Positions 1 through 11,449 of a stretch of DNA of 64,000 nucleotides are shown piece after piece. Source of the DNA: Candidatus Pacearchaeota archaeon. GTDB lineage: Archaea > Nanobdellota > Nanobdellia > Pacearchaeales > GW2011-AR1. The stretch spans positions 51,698-115,697 of the forward strand of contig JAPLXZ010000016.1 in the NCBI GenBank assembly GCA_026395815.1. Direction: 5' to 3'. The stretch's first letter is position 1, and each line of letters starts with the position of its first letter. Made by a program: the position numbers and the translations under genes. The notes beneath the pieces were generated by a model. It ran no database searches. It saw only the letters and a list, made by a program, of their open reading frames with translations, and had not been told where the DNA came from.

Positions 1-974
1 GTAGCTCCTAATTCTATTGGAACTGTCTTGCTTAAACCAGCAGGAACAACAACAATAGCTTCATTTGCTTGGTAAACTACTTTGTAAACTCTTAGAGTGT
101 CTGTTGGATTTAACAATAACAAGTCATTTCCAACTTTCATTGCAACTTCAGGGAAGCCGTTTTCAACTGAAATCTGTTTTGATACAGTTTTTTCAGTCTC
201 ATCGTTCTTCACGCTGACTTCAAGAGTGTAAGTTCCCGATTTAACATCGAAAGGAACTTCCAAATAAAGTCTTCCAGTTGCAGTGTTTTCATCATCATCT
301 GTTTCAACTGCTACTAAGTCGCCAAAGTAAGCTGTTTTCTCAATGTTCAATTCCGGCATTTTTACAGTAACGTAAACATCATCTAAGTCATTGTAACCAA
401 CATTCTTCAAAACAATATCTACTGGGAATAACTTTCCAGCTTCAACTGAATTGCTTACAGTTATTGACTTGATGTCTGCGTCGTATGAAGGTCTCTGAAC
501 TCCTAAAGTGATAGCTGGAACTTCAGTCTTGTAGTCTGCATTCCAGATTTTCAAATTCAAAGTTAAATCCTCGCTCAACTCATCTTTAAGTTCGTATGGA
601 ACTTTTAGAGTTAAAGTCTTGGTATAGGTTCTCCATTCTTCAACATCAAATGAAGCAGTAACAGCAGTAACATCGGATTTGTCTCCTTCAATATCTGCTC
701 TTATCTTTACATTAGATGCACTTGTTTCACCGTTTCCAAGGTCAAGGCTACCAACTTCAAATGTAACTTTCACTTCAATTGTTTCGCCAGCAACAACGCT
801 TACGTAATCTCCAGTAGAGCTCACTAATGTTGAGACTTCTACATCATTTACTTTTATCATTGCGTTGTCTGCTATTTCAACAGCGCTTACTGTAGTCGCC
901 AAGAACAAAACACTTGCGATTAACAAAAAAGAAACCAAAACGCTTTTATTCATTTTATATTCTTTTTTACTCAT
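1..974 (-). CDS. secreted or surface protein, 3' end lies beyond the window (start ATG at 974..972)
   Basis: Reverse-strand translation opens MSKKEYKMNKSVLVSFLLIASVLFLATTVSAVEIADN..., a signal peptide and cleavage-like site, followed by a Thr/Val/Ser-rich beta-like sequence. It stays open to the window edge. It is missing from the ORF track, probably because no stop falls inside the window. Confidence 0.5.
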   Translation of the reverse strand, partial: MSKKEYKMNKSVLVSFLLIASVLFLATTVSAVEIADNAMIKVNDVEVSTLVSSTGDYVSVVAGETIEVKVTFEVGSLDLGNGETSASNVKIRADIEGDKSDVTAVTASFDVEEWRTYTKTLTLKVPYELKDELSEDLTLNLKIWNADYKTEVPAITLGVQRPSYDADIKSITVSNSVEAGKLFPVDIVLKNVGYNDLDDVYVTVKMPELNIEKTAYFGDLVAVETDDDENTATGRLYLEVPFDVKSGTYTLEVSVKNDETEKTVSKQISVENGFPEVAMKVGNDLLLLNPTDTLRVYKVVYQANEAIVVVPAGLSKTVPIELGA

Positions 975-1339
975 TTTTTAATTGCAGAAAAGCTTTGTTT
1001 TCTGTATTTTTACAATCTCTGAGCATCTTTATAAACTTTATGGTGACAACAGAAAAACTTCATTTAATAGTACTAAATATAAGTAACAATTAGTGAATTT
1101 CTTATAACTTACCATTATAATTCACTCGCTCATCTCATTTGCCCGATATTTTTATATAATTAGTTAACATGTTTTTCTCTTTTTATTATCTTATATTAAC
1201 TTATTGTCATTGCGTGAAGTGCACAAATTTATTCCCTATATACCTAAATAATAAAGCAGAATCTTTCTATTTATTTTTCTTTGTTCTTTTAATCAAAACT
1301 ATTATAAAGTTTCACATACTTTAAGGTAAAAAGAAGAAA

Positions 1340-2275
1340 ATGTTTAAAGCAAAAAAAATTGGACTGGCTTTAAGTGGGGGCGGAGCCAAAGGAATGGCCC
1401 ATATAGGTGTTTTGAAAGTTCTTGAAAAAAATAAAATACCAATAGATTTCATATCAGGAACAAGTATAGGTGCAGTTATAGCTGCATTATATTCTTATGA
1501 GCCAAACGCAAAGAAGCTTGAAAAAGAAGCAGTGAGCAATGAATGGAAAAACCTTTTGGATTATACTTTTCCAAGCAAGGGTTTTATAAAAGGAGAAAGA
1601 ATTGAACAATTTTTAAAAGAGAGATTAAAAGGAGTGGACTTCAAGCACTTAAAAATTCCTCTTTTCATAACTGCATTTGATATTGACAAGAAACAAGAAA
1701 TCGTTTTTCAAAGAGGAGATGTTGCAAAAGCAGTTAGAGCAAGCATTTCAATTCCCGGGGTATTTGTTCCTATTGAAAATAATAATAGGATTCTTGTTGA
1801 TGGGGGGGTACTTGACCCAATTCCTACAGAAGTATTAAGAAAAAAAGCAGATATTATCATAGCAGTAAATGTAGATTCAATGAAACTTAGAAAACCGAAA
1901 ATGAATGAGGAAGCAACATTAAAAAAAAGCAGCAAAAAAATACCGGGCATATTAAAAACTATTTTTCAATCTCTTACAGTTATTGGTGCAGAAGCAAGCA
2001 GAGTTGATTTGTACAATGATATTCCTGATTTGATAATAAATGTAAATTTAGGAGATATAGATTTATTTGATTTTGAAAAAGCAAAATACGCAATTAAGAA
2101 AGGAGTATCAGCAACTCAAAAATCTTTGAAGGAAATTAAAGCTCTCACAAAAAAGACCCCATTCAAAGATTTTTTAGAGGAAATTGAAAGAGATTTGAAG
2201 ATAAGGTCAGTAACAGAAATCCCGCAATTTGTCAAAGATGTCAGAAAAAAAGTTTCTAAAACTCTGGGAAATTAA
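1340..2275 (+). CDS. patatin-like phospholipase
   Basis: Gly-rich GGGAKG oxyanion loop, GTSIG (GxSxG) nucleophile elbow and DGG motif. Confidence 0.8.
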   Translation: MFKAKKIGLALSGGGAKGMAHIGVLKVLEKNKIPIDFISGTSIGAVIAALYSYEPNAKKLEKEAVSNEWKNLLDYTFPSKGFIKGERIEQFLKERLKGVDFKHLKIPLFITAFDIDKKQEIVFQRGDVAKAVRASISIPGVFVPIENNNRILVDGGVLDPIPTEVLRKKADIIIAVNVDSMKLRKPKMNEEATLKKSSKKIPGILKTIFQSLTVIGAEASRVDLYNDIPDLIINVNLGDIDLFDFEKAKYAIKKGVSATQKSLKEIKALTKKTPFKDFLEEIERDLKIRSVTEIPQFVKDVRKKVSKTLGN

Positions 2276-2292
2276 GAAAAAGTTTCTAAGAA

Positions 2293-3003
2293 TTAAATCT
2301 GTGTATTATCAATAAAGCATTTTTGAATAAAATCAAATTTTGCTTTAATCAGTTTACTTTTTTCGACAAATTCCAAAAAATAATCTCTTTCTAAAACAAA
2401 TAATGCATAGGCATCTGCCATTTCTTCTTTTGGAGAATAAAAATCATTGTAATTAAATCCAAGTTTGAATGAATCTTGAGGAATCTTTGCTTCTTCAGAA
2501 CATGTCCATTCTCCCATCTTATAATTAGGATCTTTGTACATAACTGCATAAGTATATTTGTCTCTGTTTGCCCTATTTTCAGGATCTAAGGCTTTCACTT
2601 TTTCAAAATTTTCAGCATTCAATTCCCATAATCCTAATTCCATCCACTGTATTCTTAAAAGATGAGAAACATTTTCTCTCTCACACGGAGTGGTTTTTAA
2701 AATCTGATGCATATCTCCCTCATTTTCATCCCTAAAATCAAAATAATTATGCCCCATTTCATGCAGAAACACAAATTCCCTTTCAGTCTTACTTAACTCA
2801 TAAAAAAAATTAGGTAATCTTATTTCTCCTCCATCACCAAAAGAACTTGAATCAGCTAATGCTCCTCCTAAAGTTTTAATTCTTTCAATTGTCTTTATTG
2901 AATCTAAATGAGAAGATGGTAGTTTTAACAAAAATTCTGTTAATTCATCCTTGTTTGCCTGGGAGAATTTTCTTCCTGATTCTACTAATCTGATTTGCAT
3001 CAA
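2293..3003 (-). CDS. putative zinc metallopeptidase (HExxH motif)
   Basis: Contains HEMGH (HExxH); no further family assignment is possible by eye. Confidence 0.45.
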   Translation of the reverse strand: MMQIRLVESGRKFSQANKDELTEFLLKLPSSHLDSIKTIERIKTLGGALADSSSFGDGGEIRLPNFFYELSKTEREFVFLHEMGHNYFDFRDENEGDMHQILKTTPCERENVSHLLRIQWMELGLWELNAENFEKVKALDPENRANRDKYTYAVMYKDPNYKMGEWTCSEEAKIPQDSFKLGFNYNDFYSPKEEMADAYALFVLERDYFLEFVEKSKLIKAKFDFIQKCFIDNTQI

Positions 3004-3032
3004 AAACAGGATAATTATCTGCTTATAAATTT

Positions 3033-3260
3033 TTAGATAAAAAGAAATTGTCCAGTTCTCTTGAATTCTCTGTCAAATTGCATTTGTTTTTCAATAAAGC
3101 TTTTTGGTCCAATATAACGATGCCCATTATAGTCAACATATGACCAAGGATCATTTTCCTGCATTTCCACTTGTTTATTAACCCAACTTCTTGGGCCAGT
3201 AATCATGATTCCATTATAAAATTCAGTTACATTAGGGTCTAATAATCTATCTATTTCCAT
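3033..3260 (-). CDS. hypothetical protein
   Basis: 75-aa ORF co-oriented with dnaG upstream. Confidence 0.3.
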   Translation of the reverse strand: MEIDRLLDPNVTEFYNGIMITGPRSWVNKQVEMQENDPWSYVDYNGHRYIGPKSFIEKQMQFDREFKRTGQFLFI

Positions 3261-3299
3261 AATAAATATAATCCGTTAATGTATTTATGTTTTCTTATT

Positions 3300-4439
3300 T
3301 TACAAACTCAATAATTTTATATTTGTGTCAGTTGTTGTAAAGTTTTTGGCTGCAATTGCCCTGCAACCTGCATCTACAGCAGAGTTTATTAAAGAATTTG
3401 TTGCAATACCATCTACTATTATAATACTTATATTTTTTTCATGATTCAATATGCTATTAACGGTTTTTATTGACACTTTCTTTATTTCATTTAGTGAACT
3501 GTCAAGCAGTACTACTTTTCCGCTTCCTTCATTCTTTTTGGAAATCTCCTTAAGTTTATTCATTTCTTCATTGCTTATTTCCATCTTTTTTGTTTCTTCT
3601 TTTTCAGAGTTATTTTTTGATCGGGGAAATGACAGGAAATCCCCAACCAAAATCTTTTTTCTTAAAGCCATTAAAATTTCCTTTCCTGTCAATTCTTCTA
3701 CTTCTTTTCCATCAGGCGCAATTACAACATACTTAATATTTGCATTGTCAGAAACATTCTGAACAATTAATTTTCCTCCTCTGTCTCCATCAACAAAAAG
3801 AATTATTTCTTTTTCCTTGCCCAATTCTTTTATCTCATCAGGCAATTTTGTACCATTCATTCCAATTACATTGTTTACTCCATTTCTAATCAAATTCAAT
3901 ACATCTGCTCTTCCTTCAACAACAATCAGCTCGTTTCCAGAAATATCCCCGCATGGAAGTTTGCCCTCTCCATGCTCTCTTATACTTGCAATTCTTGCAG
4001 AATCCTTAATTTCTGTTGAGATTTCCCTTGAATCTGTTTTACCATGAATCTCTTGCATCAGTTTTTTAGCCCTTTCAACTATGTAATCCCTCTTGCTTCC
4101 TCTTACGTCTTCAATCCTTTCTACTTCTATCTGAGAATCACAAGGCCCAATTCTTTCTATTGTTTCAATTGCAGCAGCAATCAAAGTTGTTTCACTTTGG
4201 TCAAGAGCAGTAGGAATGTTTATTGCTCCAGTGGTTTTTTTGCCATCTCTTCTCAAATCGACTTCTATTCTTCCGATTTTTCCTTCTTTTTGCAATTCCC
4301 TCATTTCAAGTTCGCTTCCAAGCAAACCTTCTGTTTGCCCGAATATGGCTCCGATTACATCAGGCTTTTCTAAAGCGCCTTCTGCTGAAAAATTCGCATG
4401 TATCATATATTTAATTGATACTGGACTTATTTTTGCCAT
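3300..4439 (-). CDS. dnaG: archaeal DnaG-type primase (TOPRIM)
   Basis: N-terminus ...IHANFSAEG..EKPDVIGAIFGQTEGLLG is typical of archaeal DnaG; the TOPRIM region has DGDRGG. Confidence 0.85.
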   Translation of the reverse strand: MAKISPVSIKYMIHANFSAEGALEKPDVIGAIFGQTEGLLGSELEMRELQKEGKIGRIEVDLRRDGKKTTGAINIPTALDQSETTLIAAAIETIERIGPCDSQIEVERIEDVRGSKRDYIVERAKKLMQEIHGKTDSREISTEIKDSARIASIREHGEGKLPCGDISGNELIVVEGRADVLNLIRNGVNNVIGMNGTKLPDEIKELGKEKEIILFVDGDRGGKLIVQNVSDNANIKYVVIAPDGKEVEELTGKEILMALRKKILVGDFLSFPRSKNNSEKEETKKMEISNEEMNKLKEISKKNEGSGKVVLLDSSLNEIKKVSIKTVNSILNHEKNISIIIVDGIATNSLINSAVDAGCRAIAAKNFTTTDTNIKLLSL

Positions 4440-4614
4440 TTTTTCCTTATTTTTGCATTTAATTTTATTTGAAATCTATGATTTCTTTAGAAATATCTAC
4501 TAACCAACTAACAATTTCGCTCTTATTATCTCCTTCAAAAATGAAGTTAAATAGGATATGACTGTGAATGTGAATATAATCTATGATCTAATAGATATTT
4601 CCTAAACACAGAAA

Positions 4615-4998
4615 TTGAGGATAGTTTTTAAACCTTTGGAAGAAAGAAGAAAAAACTTTAAAGAAGATGCTTTTAGATTAAAAATGGATGAAGAATATAT
4701 CTTAAAAAAAATAGCTGAAATTGATAAAGCCATGAAAGTTGTCAAGAAGAACAAAGCAAACTTGTTAGAATCTCTTGCTTTATTGGACAATGAAAAAATA
4801 AATAGACTGGTTGATGAAACAATCCCAACACTATTCAGTCTGCAAAACAAGTTCTTTGATCTAAAAAAAACCCTTGGCATGGTAGCAGCTTCAAGATATG
4901 ATTTAATAATCGACAAAATCCAAAAAGAAATCGCTGAGCATATAAAAGAATACAATTATTATAGGTCTTTAGGGTTTACTAATAGTCTAGCAGAATAA
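4615..4998 (+). CDS. hypothetical coiled-coil protein
   Basis: 127-aa ORF with charged heptad-like sequence. Confidence 0.35.
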   Translation: MRIVFKPLEERRKNFKEDAFRLKMDEEYILKKIAEIDKAMKVVKKNKANLLESLALLDNEKINRLVDETIPTLFSLQNKFFDLKKTLGMVAASRYDLIIDKIQKEIAEHIKEYNYYRSLGFTNSLAE

Positions 4999-5011
4999 AT
5001 ATATCCTTTGA

Positions 5012-5233
5012 TTATCTTTTTTTGCCTAAGATAATTCCAAGAATAATAACTCCAAGGCTAAATACTATTCCTGTAAGAAGGAGATAAAATTTCCATTCTG
5101 TTGGATTCTTGTTTTGTTCAGTAAGACAACCTAATAATGATAAAAAAACAGCCAATAAAAACATTCCAACAATAGCGAGAGTCCATTTACTTTTCTTTTT
5201 CAACTCTTTCTTTCCCTTCAACCTTTTCTTCAT
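5012..5233 (-). CDS. small membrane protein
   Basis: Two hydrophobic helices and a K/R-rich N-terminus. Confidence 0.3.
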   Translation of the reverse strand: MKKRLKGKKELKKKSKWTLAIVGMFLLAVFLSLLGCLTEQNKNPTEWKFYLLLTGIVFSLGVIILGIILGKKR

Positions 5234-5579
5234 GAATAATATAGGGAAAATGGATTTTTAATAGTTTTGGATGTGAATTTATTACATTTACGCTAATTTT
5301 CTTTTGAGAATATCCAAAATTATTTCTAAATTCTCAAAATCAGACACATTGTTTATTGGAACCTCAAACTTTGTATTCTCACCGTTAATTGAAACAACAT
5401 ATCTGTTGTTTCCCTCTTTCTTTGTCTCCATAAAATTGTTATATTTTTATGGTTTAAAAAGATTAATGTAAAAAAATATAATCTTTAGGTTTTTTGATTA
5501 TGGGTAGTTATTTAGAGCAAATAATCACTTAGTTGTTTGATTACCATAATTGTTAAAAACTACTAATCTAAGTAAAACT

Positions 5580-6020
5580 ATGAGTACAAGAAGCGATATT
5601 GCTGTAGAGAAGTTTCTCGCAGATTACAACTGTGCCCAAGCAGTTATCTATTCGTTTTGTGATGATCTTGGTTTCGACAAGAATACTAGTTTGAAATTGA
5701 CTTGTGGGTTTGGGGCTGGGATGGCACGAAAGCAAGAGGTTTGTGGAGCAATCACTGGTGGCATAATAGTTATTGGACTTAAGTATGGGCGTGGCGAGGG
5801 GCAAGATAGGACACTCACAGATAAAACATATCAAAAAGTGCGAGAACTCATGTCGCAATTTGAGTCAAGGTATGGCACGTGCATCTGCCGTACACTGCTG
5901 AACGGCTGTAACTTAAACACACCAAGTGGACAACAACATTTCAAGGAGAACGATCTCCTGAACAAGACCTGCAAAGGTTGTGTAAAAACGGCCGTAGAAA
6001 CACTGGAGAAAATTCTTTAA
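5580..6020 (+). CDS. C_GCAxxG_C_C family putative redox protein
   Basis: Motifs CAQAV and CGAITGG with conserved Cys spacing. The gene body is visibly more G+C-rich than its flanks. The start is probably the ATG at 5580 (MSTRSD...). Confidence 0.65.
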   Translation: MSTRSDIAVEKFLADYNCAQAVIYSFCDDLGFDKNTSLKLTCGFGAGMARKQEVCGAITGGIIVIGLKYGRGEGQDRTLTDKTYQKVRELMSQFESRYGTCICRTLLNGCNLNTPSGQQHFKENDLLNKTCKGCVKTAVETLEKIL

Positions 6021-6305
6021 AGAAACCTCGTTGTTCCATCGATTAAATAATTTTTGGTTTATTTCAAAACTTTCATTACTAAACCGCTATCTTCTAATTT
6101 ACTGCCCAATTCAGTAACATTTACTTCAGTATCAGTTATAAGAACAAGACTGTTTTTTTTTCATAATACCTGTGCCTAAATCCAAAGTTCCCTAATTCCT
6201 TTTTTATAATTTCCAATGTATAGAGATATCTGTCCATTCCTCTATAAATCTTCCAAGAACTCTAAGTCTTTCTTCCGAATATTTCTATGTTCGCAGAAAA
6301 CAATT

Positions 6306-7592
<1,287 letters not shown>

Positions 7593-7791
7593 TTTTTTCC
7601 TTGTTTTTAAAATGGATTTGCAAAACGCTTTTGGCGTTTCAGCTTTGCCATGTTAGTATATTAAAATTCTTGTAAGAATTTTGATATGTTAGTAAAAAAA
7701 ATTCGGTTTATAAACTTTACTATTTTTCCGTAAAGTTTATAGCTAAAAATTTCCTGTTTTTTGTCTAAAAATGTTTTGGTTTTATATTTCA

Positions 7792-8085
7792 CTAACCATA
7801 TTGACCGCTAGGCATTGGTCCTCTAATCCTGCAATAGTTTGCTAAACGGCAAGTCAAACCTTGGTACTTAATCTTCATCCCTATTAACAGTGCATTAGCT
7901 TCCAAGTTTTTGTCTTGATGATTCATCTGAATTTTTGATTTCTTAGGAAAAAGGATTGTAGGAGGTACTCGTAACATTTCTAAGGAATCCCAAAAAATTT
8001 CTTTCCCAGTATCTAATCTTCTGTATCTTCTGCTTCCTTCTTTATCTTCTCTAGTATATATCAAAATTAAATCTACTAATGTCAT
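7792..8085 (-). CDS. hypothetical protein (inserted in str operon)
   Basis: 97-aa ORF between fusA and tuf, co-oriented, with no recognised domain. Confidence 0.4.
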   Translation of the reverse strand: MTLVDLILIYTREDKEGSRRYRRLDTGKEIFWDSLEMLRVPPTILFPKKSKIQMNHQDKNLEANALLIGMKIKYQGLTCRLANYCRIRGPMPSGQYG

Positions 8086-8086
8086 T

Positions 8087-8461
8087 TTATTTTTTGTTTT
8101 TGTGTTCAGTTTTATTTATCTGGAGCAACCTTTCCTTAGATTGTTCTCTGTATAATTTTATATCTTTCATTAATTCATCTATTTGACTTGAATCTCGACA
8201 TTCCGTTATTTCATTTACCATCATTAAAATATTTTCATAGACCTGAATCATTTGATTGTAGTATTTAGGATTTACACGGTAGATATTTGGGGATAATCTT
8301 ATTATGGCATGATTAATTCTGAAAGAAAAAGGGATATTTTCTGTTTCTCTTTGTTTGAATAATCCATCTGCTATTTTCAAAACTTCTTCTTTTAAATTCA
8401 CTCCACCATGTCCTTCAACTTTGTCTGGAATATCCAACACTCTTAAAAGTCCACTTCCCAT
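8087..8461 (-). CDS. hypothetical protein (inserted in str operon)
   Basis: 124-aa ORF abutting the previous ORF with a 1-nt gap. Confidence 0.4.
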   Translation of the reverse strand: MGSGLLRVLDIPDKVEGHGGVNLKEEVLKIADGLFKQRETENIPFSFRINHAIIRLSPNIYRVNPKYYNQMIQVYENILMMVNEITECRDSSQIDELMKDIKLYREQSKERLLQINKTEHKNKK

Positions 8462-8511
8462 CGATATTTGATTAAACTGCCCTTTTTAAGAATTATTGTA
8501 ATAAGAAATAT

Positions 8512-9138
8512 CTACTGATTCTCCTGAAAACTAAATGTCGGAGAGGGAATAGGAGAAGGAGTTAATAAATTAATTTTTTCTTTTAGAGATTCATATGCTC
8601 TTTTCCACAATGGAACTTTTTCTAATAATTTAGGATTAGTTTCTTTTAGGTACATAGAAGAAGCAAGAGACAAATGTCCAAGCCCGTCAAGCAGAGTATA
8701 ATAACTTTCAGGACCAATTGGAGTTTTATTTTTTATACTATTTACTAAATCAACTCCGAACTTCCCGATTAATCCAACGCCAAATAAAAATGTAGGCAAT
8801 CTTACACATGAGTTGTATTTTGAACGGAAATTTTTCTCTTTGTCGATAACTCTTGATTCAGAATCTTCTTCTTTGAACCTATTAAGGATTCCACCAAAAT
8901 TATATGCTCCGTCATTATAACCAGCTACAAGATAAGAAGATAAATAAAATTCTGTTCCAAATAATAATTTATTAAAGGGGGTAGTTAACCCAACATAGGC
9001 TGTCCATAATCCAAATCCAGCCCAATATTTCCTTTTTCCTTCATCTATCTTGATCTTTTGGCCAAGTTTAGTATACTGCCTAAGAATTATTGATTCATCG
9101 AGATATCTTATTGGTTTAAGTAATGATTCAAGTTTCAT
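8512..9138 (-). CDS. hypothetical protein, Gly/aromatic-rich (inserted in str operon)
   Basis: 208-aa ORF with no recognised domain. Confidence 0.45.
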   Translation of the reverse strand: MKLESLLKPIRYLDESIILRQYTKLGQKIKIDEGKRKYWAGFGLWTAYVGLTTPFNKLLFGTEFYLSSYLVAGYNDGAYNFGGILNRFKEEDSESRVIDKEKNFRSKYNSCVRLPTFLFGVGLIGKFGVDLVNSIKNKTPIGPESYYTLLDGLGHLSLASSMYLKETNPKLLEKVPLWKRAYESLKEKINLLTPSPIPSPTFSFQENQ

Positions 9139-9169
9139 TCAGTTTATTATAAAAGAATTTTTTAAATAC

Positions 9170-11359
9170 TTACTGATTTTCTGCAAGTCCCTTTCTGTCT
9201 CTTATCTTCTTAATGATATCCGCTTGCAAACCTTGCGGAACTCTTTCAAACAACTGATCTGATAAAGAACTTACTCCTCTTCCCTCTGTAGCAGAACGCA
9301 AGTCGTTGCTCCATCCAATCATCTCTGCAACAGGAAGTTTGGCATGGACTTGTGTTTCCATTTCTTCTTGCTTAACTTCAAGTAACTGCCCTCTCTTTCC
9401 GCCTACAAGCCTTGTTATTTCACTCAAAAATCTGTCAGGAACTTCTATCAAATGTATTTGTATTGGTTCAAGAAGGCAGGCATCAGCTTTTCTCATTGCT
9501 TCTGTCATGGATTCTCTAACAGCAGGATAAACTTGCGCAGGACCACGATGAATTGCATCTTCATGAAGCTTTATATCAACAAGAGAAACTTTCATTTTTG
9601 TGCACGGTTCTCTTGCTAATGGGCCACGATCAATCACCATTTCAAATGCATCTAAAACCATGTCAATTACTTCTCCTATATGCACTTCTCCTTTTGTCCT
9701 GTCCATGAAGATATTTCCTTTGTAAACATCTCTGACACTTTTTATTGTATCATTATCCCATCCAAATTGTGAAAGTTTGTTTACAAGCTCTTGACTTTTT
9801 TTCTTAACTCTTCCTCCAGGAACTTCTCCTGCTTTTATTCCTTCGTAAACATTATCTTCTAATGGCTCAACAGAAATAAAGAAACTATTGTGCTTATTTG
9901 GACTTCTTCCTTCCATCTCAGGAGACTCTTTGAACACTGTTTCTCTGTAAACGACAATTGGCGGAGATGTTTTAACATCCAAATTTTTCTCTGTTCTTAT
10001 TCTGTTTTCTATAATTTCCAAATGCAGTTCTCCCATTCCGCTTATTAGAGATTCTCCTGTCTGCTCGTTAATTTCAATCTTTATCGAAGGATCTTCTTTT
10101 GCAACTTGTTTTAATATCTCAACGAGCTTTGGCAAATCTGCCATTTTCTTTACTTCAATAGATTTAGTAACAACTGGCTCAAACATCTGCTTAAGTTCTT
10201 CAAACGGAGTTTCTTTTTGAACTGTTACTGTTTCTCCTGCTTCTCCTGTAACTCCTGAAATCGCAAGAACATTTCCTGCTCCTATCTCTTCAATCTGTTC
10301 TGGTTTTATTCCATTGTAAATAAATATCTGCTGGACTTTTTGGGATTTATTTGCAAGATTAAGGTGAACTTCCATGCCATTTTTTATTGTGCCAGAAAAA
10401 AGTCTTCCTGCTGAAATTTCTTTTCCTGATCTTTGATCAATGACGATTCTAGTTATTACAAAAGCGACTTTTCCTTTAGGATCGCACTGCATTAAATTTT
10501 TTCCCATTTCACTTTCCAAATCTCCATGCCATATTTTTGGAATTCTATATTTTTGAGCTTCAAGTGGATTAGGAAGATGCTTTACTACCATATCTAAAAG
10601 AACTTCGTAAAGGGGTGCATTTTTCCATACCCACTCTTTTTTCTTTTCTTCACTCATTTCGTAAAGGCTAAAAATATCCTTGAAAGTTATCCCTTTTTTC
10701 TTCATGAAAGGAATTGACAATGCCCAATTTTCTCTCGCACTTCCGAATGCAACACTCCCATCATTTATGTTTACCAACCATTTTTCCTTAAATTCTGGTT
10801 CAGCTATCTTTGCAATTAAATCATTGAACTCTTTGATAATCCTAATGAATCTTTCCTGCATTTTTTCAGGAGTTAATTTTATCTCTTTTATCATTCTGTC
10901 AACTTTATTGATAAATAAAACAGGTCTTACTCTTTCTCTTAATGCCTGCTTGATTACTGTTTCTGTTTGAGGCATTATTCCCTCGACTGCGCAAACCAAA
11001 ACAACAGTGCCATCAATTGCTCTCATTGCTCTTGTAACATTTCCTGAGAAGTCAACGTGTCCTGGAGTGTCAATCAGATTAATTAAAAATTCTTCTCCAT
11101 GGAAATCATGAACCATTGAAACATTTGCAGCATCAACAGTCAATAATCTCTCTTGTTCATCAGCATGCTGCCATGTAGCCATCCCCGCTTCCAAATCTCC
11201 TGCATTTTTTGATGCCATGTATCCAGAAGCAGCCAAAAGATTGTCTGTCAATGCTGTCTTACCATGATGAATATGCGCGCTTGTTGCTATGTTTCTTATG
11301 TTTTTCTGGTTTCTGTTAAGTCTTTCTATTTTCTTAAACTGTGATTCTTTTTCTGCCAT
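9170..11359 (-). CDS. fusA: translation elongation factor 2
   Basis: AHIDHGKT-type P-loop (AHIHHGKTALTD), DTPGHVDF and a diphthamide-region C-terminus; 729 aa. Confidence 0.95.
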   Translation of the reverse strand: MAEKESQFKKIERLNRNQKNIRNIATSAHIHHGKTALTDNLLAASGYMASKNAGDLEAGMATWQHADEQERLLTVDAANVSMVHDFHGEEFLINLIDTPGHVDFSGNVTRAMRAIDGTVVLVCAVEGIMPQTETVIKQALRERVRPVLFINKVDRMIKEIKLTPEKMQERFIRIIKEFNDLIAKIAEPEFKEKWLVNINDGSVAFGSARENWALSIPFMKKKGITFKDIFSLYEMSEEKKKEWVWKNAPLYEVLLDMVVKHLPNPLEAQKYRIPKIWHGDLESEMGKNLMQCDPKGKVAFVITRIVIDQRSGKEISAGRLFSGTIKNGMEVHLNLANKSQKVQQIFIYNGIKPEQIEEIGAGNVLAISGVTGEAGETVTVQKETPFEELKQMFEPVVTKSIEVKKMADLPKLVEILKQVAKEDPSIKIEINEQTGESLISGMGELHLEIIENRIRTEKNLDVKTSPPIVVYRETVFKESPEMEGRSPNKHNSFFISVEPLEDNVYEGIKAGEVPGGRVKKKSQELVNKLSQFGWDNDTIKSVRDVYKGNIFMDRTKGEVHIGEVIDMVLDAFEMVIDRGPLAREPCTKMKVSLVDIKLHEDAIHRGPAQVYPAVRESMTEAMRKADACLLEPIQIHLIEVPDRFLSEITRLVGGKRGQLLEVKQEEMETQVHAKLPVAEMIGWSNDLRSATEGRGVSSLSDQLFERVPQGLQADIIKKIRDRKGLAENQ

Positions 11360-11449
11360 TTTGTTTTGTTGTCTGTTATCTTAATTATAACTAATTAGAA
11401 TAACTAATTCAAATAAATTTCATTTAAAAAGTTATTGATAAGAAAAGAG

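Noticed and set aside
1708-1950. Antisense ORFs inside long genes, for example 1708..1950, 3451..3762, 13721..14227, 17321..17878, 24033..25117 and 59608..60439
   Set aside because: Low-complexity translations rich in F, L, S and I, on the opposite strand of well-supported genes in an AT-rich genome, are typical shadow ORFs.
5291-5434. 47-aa minus-strand ORF (METKKEGNNRYVVSINGENTKFEV...) considered as the missing rps10 downstream of tuf
   Set aside because: It is too short and has no S10 motifs. It is kept only as an unannotated small ORF of unknown status, and rps10 appears to be absent from this locus.
7600-7750. Hairpins aaacgc-ttttg-gcgttt (about 7628) and taaactttac...gtaaagttta (7711..7745) upstream of tuf, as a possible riboswitch or regulatory RNA
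   Set aside because: They are simple short stems next to T-tracts immediately downstream of the preceding minus-strand ORF. They are most economically read as a terminator and leader structure rather than a distinct regulatory RNA.
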